In this document: piece after piece, positions 58,880 through 64,000 of the stretch | Layout of the letters: the number at the start of each line of letters is the position of its first letter | How positions within the stretch are numbered: position 1 is the stretch's first letter | Source of the DNA: an uncultured bacterium | GTDB lineage: Bacteria; Krumholzibacteriota; Krumholzibacteriia; LZORAL124-64-63 | NCBI GenBank assembly: GCA_963727525.1 | Contig: CAVSGO010000007.1 | Span: 1,472,001-1,536,000 of the forward strand | Direction of reading: 5' to 3' | Length of the DNA stretch: 64,000 bases | The notes under the pieces: model-generated | What the model was told of the DNA's origin: nothing | The model's database searches: none | The model's input: only the letters and a program-made list of their open reading frames with translations | Position numbers and translations under genes: made by a program

Positions 58880-60657
58880 TGGCAACCGCCAAGCGACGCA
58901 ACTTCCGCGCCACCTTCACGGTGGCGACCCTGGTGATGGTGGCGATCGTCGTGCTCCTGATCTCCGTGCTGAGCAACATGACCGGCGCGCGGGTCGACAT
59001 GACGAGCGACAAGCTGTTCACCCTCTCGCCCGCGGCCGTGAAGATCCTGAAGGATCTCAAGGTGCCGGTGCAGGTGAAGCTGTACATCACGCCTGCCGAC
59101 AAGATGCCCACATCGTACAAGACGCTCGAGCGCGACATCGGCGAGCAGTTGCACAACTACGAGCGCGTGTCCGACGGCAAGCTCCAGTTCTCGGTGTACA
59201 ATCCGCAGGACAACGAGGACATGCAGAAGGAGCTGACGAGCAAGGGCATCCGGCCATTCCAGGTGCAGTCGGTGGACAAGGACGAGATCGGCCTCAAGCT
59301 GATCTGGAGCGCCATGACCATCGCCTACAAGGACCATCCCGCCGAGGTGGTGCCGCAGATCCTGCCGGAGACGCTGCCCAACCTCGAGACCATGGTCATC
59401 GTGCCGGTGTACCGCCTCACGCGCGACAAGCAACCCAAGGTCGCGGTGTTCGCGCCGAAGAAGGAAGTCGATCCGCAGCTCGCGATGATGTACCTCCAGC
59501 AGGGCATGCAGCCGCCGCAGCCTGAGGATCAGTACAAGTCGATCGGCCAGCTCCTCGACCAGGAGCACTACGAGTCGGTGAAGGTGGATCTCACGAAGGA
59601 CTCGCCGATCCCGGCCGACGCCGATCTGCTCATCGTGATGGCTCCGGTGAACCTGAACGAGCGGCAGGCTTTCGCGATCAACCGCGCCCTGAGCAACGGC
59701 ATGCCGGTGCTGATGGCGGTGCAGGCGCACGAGTACAACTACTCCCCCGCGCCCACCGGCGGCTGGCAGATCTCCGGACGCGAGAACAAGAGCGGTCTGG
59801 AGAAGGTGCTCGGCGCCTTCGGCCTCAGCGTGGGCACCGATCACTTCCTGGACGCCAACCTGCAGGTGCTCGACCTGCCGCGCGAGGTCAACCTGGGCGG
59901 CCTGCGCATGCAGACCCGCGAACCGGTGAAGACGCCGATCCAGATCAAGGTGACCGAGGACCAGATGAACCCGCAGGAGGCGATCACCAATCGCATCAGC
60001 CAGCTGCTGTACCTGTGGGGCACGCCCATCGACGAGGACACGGCCAAGCTGTCGCAGGACAACCTCCAGGCCACCACCCTCATGTCGAGCAGCGACCGCT
60101 GCTGGACCGTACCGTTCAACGGCGGTTCCCTGTCCACGAGCGACATGGATCCCCGCGGCAAGACCATGCTCGGGGCCCAACCGCTGGCCGTGAGCGTGGA
60201 GGGCATCTTCCCCGACGCGTACGCCGGACAGGACCCGCCCGCGTGGCCGGCGGCGAAGGATGCGAACGGCGACGAGGCCAGCGCTCCCGCCGCCGACGCT
60301 CCTCCCACACCGCTCACGCCGGCGCCGTCGCGCCTGGTCCTGGTGGGTTGCGCGAAGATGTTCGACGACAACATCATCCAGGGCGGCCAGAATTCGTTGC
60401 TGCTCATGAACGCCATCGACGCGATGGGCGGCAGCTCCGCGCTGCTTTCGATCCGTGCGAAGACGCTCACCGAGCGGACGATCCGCCCCGTGTCGGCGGG
60501 GTCCAAGGCCATGTGGCGCTTCGCCACCGTGGCGCTCATCCCCGTCCTGTTCGCGGTCTTCGGGTTCGCGCGCATGGCGCGGCGCCGCCGCGAGGCAGTC
60601 CGGTACCGTCGCGAGCTGACCAATCACCCGAACGCCGGTCACGGAAGCGTGCAGTAA
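58879..60657 (+). CDS. GldG-like ABC auxiliary component
   Basis: RVDMT..KLFTLS, IPADADLLIV, N..LLMNAID, C-terminal TM. Confidence 0.9.
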   Translation: MATAKRRNFRATFTVATLVMVAIVVLLISVLSNMTGARVDMTSDKLFTLSPAAVKILKDLKVPVQVKLYITPADKMPTSYKTLERDIGEQLHNYERVSDGKLQFSVYNPQDNEDMQKELTSKGIRPFQVQSVDKDEIGLKLIWSAMTIAYKDHPAEVVPQILPETLPNLETMVIVPVYRLTRDKQPKVAVFAPKKEVDPQLAMMYLQQGMQPPQPEDQYKSIGQLLDQEHYESVKVDLTKDSPIPADADLLIVMAPVNLNERQAFAINRALSNGMPVLMAVQAHEYNYSPAPTGGWQISGRENKSGLEKVLGAFGLSVGTDHFLDANLQVLDLPREVNLGGLRMQTREPVKTPIQIKVTEDQMNPQEAITNRISQLLYLWGTPIDEDTAKLSQDNLQATTLMSSSDRCWTVPFNGGSLSTSDMDPRGKTMLGAQPLAVSVEGIFPDAYAGQDPPAWPAAKDANGDEASAPAADAPPTPLTPAPSRLVLVGCAKMFDDNIIQGGQNSLLLMNAIDAMGGSSALLSIRAKTLTERTIRPVSAGSKAMWRFATVALIPVLFAVFGFARMARRRREAVRYRRELTNHPNAGHGSVQ

Positions 60658-60670
60658 GGAGGATCACGGG

Positions 60671-61714
60671 ATGCTGAACCGGAAGAACATGATCGCCCTG
60701 ATCGCCGTTCTCGCGGTGCTCCTGCTCGTGAGCCTCGTGCAGCAGCGCCGCCACGAGCAGGTCACCAGCCGGTCGAGCAGTGATCAGCTGCTCGCCGGGC
60801 CCTTCACCAGCGCCGACCTCGGCCGCATCGAGATCGGCTATGGCGCCTCACCCGACGCCGTGGTGCTGACGCAAGGTCCGTCGGGCTGGGTGGTGACGAC
60901 GAGCCACGACGCCAAGGCCAGCACGCAGAAGATCGACTCGCTGCTGGGCACGCTGAGCGAACTGCGCGGAGAGTACCGCAGCGAGACCGCCGACGTGCTG
61001 CCCGACTACGGCTTCACCGACTCCACGACAGTGCACCTCGTGGGCCTCGACAAGTCGGGCCAGCAGGTCTTCGCACTGGAGGTAGGCGACAAGCCGAGCC
61101 AGGGCACGGGCAACTTCGTGCGCCTGCCGGATGACGCGAAGGTGTACCTCACGTCGGCCGGCATTCTCGGCAACCTCGGTCTGTACAGCGGGCCGGCGCT
61201 GCCGACGGGCCGGCAATTCCTCGATCTGCAGGTGGTCACGTGCGACCGCAAGGACGTCGACGCGATCACGCTGCAGGACGGGAAACAGACGGTCCACCTG
61301 GAGAAGCAGTTCACGACGGTGCAGCCGGCGGCGGACGACACGACGGGCGCCGGACCCACGACCGACCGTGCCAATTGGGAATGGCAGATTACCAGGCCGA
61401 AGAAAAGCGCCGTGGCCAAGACCAAGGCCGACGCGGTGCTCAACAGCCTGTGCAACCTGCGCGCCCAAGACGTGGCCGATCCGTCGCAACCCCTGGACAC
61501 TTATGGTCTGCAGTCGCCGGCAAAGGTCGCCACGCTGACCAAGCAGGACGGCTCCACCGTGACCGTGGCCTTCGGCGCCACGCGCGCGGCGGAGGGCGGC
61601 ACGCCCGGCGGCGTGTACGCCCAGGTCGCGGGCGAGGCGACGGTGTGGATCGTGGCGGAGTACCAGCTCAAGTCGATCTTCAAGTCCCCGGACGATCTCA
61701 AACCGGCGTCGTGA
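60671..61714 (+). CDS. DUF4340-domain protein
   Basis: N-terminal TM; duplicated L..L..L......L..YG(L/F) repeats; typical position after gldG-like genes. Confidence 0.85.
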   Translation: MLNRKNMIALIAVLAVLLLVSLVQQRRHEQVTSRSSSDQLLAGPFTSADLGRIEIGYGASPDAVVLTQGPSGWVVTTSHDAKASTQKIDSLLGTLSELRGEYRSETADVLPDYGFTDSTTVHLVGLDKSGQQVFALEVGDKPSQGTGNFVRLPDDAKVYLTSAGILGNLGLYSGPALPTGRQFLDLQVVTCDRKDVDAITLQDGKQTVHLEKQFTTVQPAADDTTGAGPTTDRANWEWQITRPKKSAVAKTKADAVLNSLCNLRAQDVADPSQPLDTYGLQSPAKVATLTKQDGSTVTVAFGATRAAEGGTPGGVYAQVAGEATVWIVAEYQLKSIFKSPDDLKPAS

Positions 61715-61873
61715 TCGCGCGACATCCGTCATGGCCGGCCATCTCCCGCGGAGGTGGCCGGCCGTGTCATGTCGTCACCGTTCTTGTCGCGAACCTGGGC
61801 GCGGCGTAGTATTGAGCCATCCTCCCGGCGCGGGCGCCCGGCCCGCGCCGCACGTCACGGCAAAGGAGAGACC

Positions 61874-63280
61874 GTGGGCACCGAATCTCGGCGTTCCCCG
61901 CAGCAGACCACCCGCGCTCGCACCCCCAGGGACGGCGGCTGCCGGCAGTCGCGCGTCCTGCTCAGGGGTGGCCGGATCCTCGACTACTTCCCCGAGCCGC
62001 TGGACGCCGACGCGCAGCCACTGGTCGAGGATGTCGACCTGCGCGTGGCCGACTGCCGCATCGTCGAGCGCGGCGCGAACCTGTCGCCGCAGGACGGCGA
62101 CACGGTGATCGAGCTGGACGGCGCCACCGTCCTGCCGGGAAACGTCAATGCCCACATGCACCTCTACACGTCGCTCACTGCCGGCGCACCGTCGCCGCCA
62201 CGCACCCTCTCCACGTTCAAGGAGGTGATGAGCGAGGTGTTCTGGGCGTTCGACCGCGCCCTCGACAAGGACGCGATCTACCTGAGCGCCGTCGCCGGCG
62301 CCTGGGACGCGGTGCGCAGCGGCACCACGCTCATCTTCGACCTGCACTCGAGCATGAGTGCGATCGACGGCGCCCTCGATCTGGTGGAGGACGGCGTGCG
62401 CGCGGTGGGTCTGCGCGCCAGCCTCGGCTACGAGGTGACCGATCGCGCCGGCCAGGGCGTGCGCGACACCGCGATGGAGGAGACGGCCCGTTACCTGGCG
62501 AAGGTGCGCGAGGGCGACGCCGGCTGCGTGCGCCAGTTCCACGGGGTGGTGGGCGCCCACGCCAGCTTCACGCTGGAGCCGCGCGCGCTGCAGCTCCTGG
62601 GCGAGCTGGCCGAGCGGTACGCGGCGCCGATCCACATGCACGTCGGCGAAGGCCCCACCGACCGCGAGATCAGCAAGCAACGCGGCTGGCCCGATCCCCT
62701 GCAACGCCTGCGGGACGGCGGCCTGCTGCGCCGCGGTTCGATCTTCGTGCACGGCGTCGACCTCACGCCGCTGGAGGCCCTGGAGATCGACCGCAGCGGC
62801 GGCTGGCTCGTGCACTGCGGGCGTTCGAACATGAACAACGGCGTCGGCCGTGCCGACCTGCGGCGCTGGCCCTGGCGCGCGGCCCTGGGCACCAACGGCC
62901 TCGACCAGAACATGTGGGGCGAGCTGCGCGCCACCTACTTCCGCGGCCACGAGAACCCCGAACCCGACCTGCCGCGGGACGCGGCCGAACGACTGTGGCT
63001 CGGCGGTTACCGTCTCGCGCGCGAAGCCTTCGGCGAGGCATTCGGCAGTCTGCGACCGGGCGCCCCGGCCGACTTCATCATCCTCGACAACTTCCAGAAG
63101 ACGCCGTTGACCACCGATACCTGGTTCAACCACCTGCTCTTCGATTTCCACCCGTGGGACATCGGTTCGGTGTACGTGGGCGGCTGCCCCGTCTACCGCA
63201 GCGGCGACGGGCCGCCGGTCGCCCCCCGGGAACTCCAGGCGACCGCAACGCGCATCTGGCAGGCGATGGGCTGGCGCTGA
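61874..63280 (+). CDS. SsnA/Atz-like metal-dependent amidohydrolase
   Basis: LPGNVNAHMHLY, GTT.IFD.H, HASFT, HMHVGEG, FVHGV, SNMNNGVG, G.PADF; AAGGAG RBS before GTG 61874. Confidence 0.88.
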   Translation: MGTESRRSPQQTTRARTPRDGGCRQSRVLLRGGRILDYFPEPLDADAQPLVEDVDLRVADCRIVERGANLSPQDGDTVIELDGATVLPGNVNAHMHLYTSLTAGAPSPPRTLSTFKEVMSEVFWAFDRALDKDAIYLSAVAGAWDAVRSGTTLIFDLHSSMSAIDGALDLVEDGVRAVGLRASLGYEVTDRAGQGVRDTAMEETARYLAKVREGDAGCVRQFHGVVGAHASFTLEPRALQLLGELAERYAAPIHMHVGEGPTDREISKQRGWPDPLQRLRDGGLLRRGSIFVHGVDLTPLEALEIDRSGGWLVHCGRSNMNNGVGRADLRRWPWRAALGTNGLDQNMWGELRATYFRGHENPEPDLPRDAAERLWLGGYRLAREAFGEAFGSLRPGAPADFIILDNFQKTPLTTDTWFNHLLFDFHPWDIGSVYVGGCPVYRSGDGPPVAPRELQATATRIWQAMGWR

Positions 63281-63302
63281 GAGGCGCCAGCCCCCCGCCG
63301 CA

Positions 63303-64000
63303 TCAGTGCACGATCGTCACCGGCGCAGTGGACTCGCCGCCGGCCGTGTGCAGGCGGCAGACATAGGTGCCGCTGGCCACGCGTCGGCCGGTGGCATCGC
63401 GCAGATTCCAGCCGATCTCCTGATCCCCGGCCGGGTAGACGTCGTCGCCGAGCCGCGCGATGAAGCGCCCCCGCAGGTCGTAGATCGTCACCCACGCCCG
63501 ACCGGCTGCCGGCAGCGTGAACTGCAGGTACGCGGTGGCGGGACCGCCCGGATTGGGCGCGAGGCCGTGCAGCACCGCGCGCGGCGACAGTGGCGGTTGC
63601 GTGGTCCCGAAGGCGAGGATCGCGACGTCGTCGATGTTCCAGCCGCACGACTGCACGGTGCCGTTCGTGGGCCCCAGCGACCAGCGCACCATGACGCCGG
63701 CCTCGTCGTCGGCCACGGCGCTGATGTCGTAGGCCACCTCGGTCCAGGCGGTGTCGGCCACCGGGTCGATGTTCGTCCACACCGTGGCGTAGTGCACGCC
63801 GTCGGCGCTCACGGCGACCGTGGCGTGGTCGTGCGGCGAGGCCTCCACGCCGAGCCAGCGCCAGAACCTCAGCTGCACGTCACGCAACCCCCGGCAATCG
63901 AAAGGGCCGGCCGTGAGCGACGAGGCCGCCGTGAGGTCGGGCGGGTAGTCGCCCGCGAGGTTGTTGCCGAAGACGTTGCTGCCGGTGTGACCCGACGAGG
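63303..64000 (-). CDS. C-terminus of a secreted protein with a jelly-roll module and FlgD-Ig-like C-terminal domain (5' end beyond window)
   Basis: L.FWRWLGVE...DHA.V.VS, GWNIDDV, APNP...IYDLRGR....WNLRD..GRRVASGTY. Confidence 0.85.
   Translation of the reverse strand, partial: SSGHTGSNVFGNNLAGDYPPDLTAASSLTAGPFDCRGLRDVQLRFWRWLGVEASPHDHATVAVSADGVHYATVWTNIDPVADTAWTEVAYDISAVADDEAGVMVRWSLGPTNGTVQSCGWNIDDVAILAFGTTQPPLSPRAVLHGLAPNPGGPATAYLQFTLPAAGRAWVTIYDLRGRFIARLGDDVYPAGDQEIGWNLRDATGRRVASGTYVCRLHTAGGESTAPVTIVH

Overview
GC-rich bacterial window with three blocks. (1) 1-28150: a complete subtype-i type VI secretion system on the minus strand (tssJ-K-L-M, tagF, a TssB/TssC-like fusion, tssA-B-C, hcp, tagJ, tssE-F-G-H, vgrG). 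It carries an unusual Ser/Thr-phosphosignalling entourage: a membrane kinase, a Zn-ribbon pseudokinase-like protein, an FHA-less TagH C-terminal-domain protein and two divergently transcribed FHA-like genes. (2) ~28160-47810: about 20 small, mostly minus-strand accessory genes that look like a decaying integron cassette array. It has one textbook attC (47196-47294), degenerate attC halves, a candidate attI (47802-47905) and no integrase in the window. It also holds an IS110-family remnant whose long non-coding right end (putative bridge/seek RNA) abuts an attC R'' box, an IS1-like remnant, and an AT-richer two-gene module (51-aa TM peptide plus 392-aa ATP-cone/HEPN-like protein) sharing an amyloid-like GxxNxxxGGDI motif. 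(3) 48124-64000: housekeeping genes (class II RNR nrdJ with NrdR boxes, ArsC/LMW-PTP, HDOD, CPBP-like protein, LpoB pair, NFACT-R, Gld-like ABC transporter, SsnA-like amidohydrolase). FlgD-Ig-type C-terminal domains suggest an FCB-group host such as Krumholzibacteriota/Latescibacterota (inference only). No rRNA, tRNA or CRISPR array was seen. All domain calls are by-eye motif recognition; no database searches were run.
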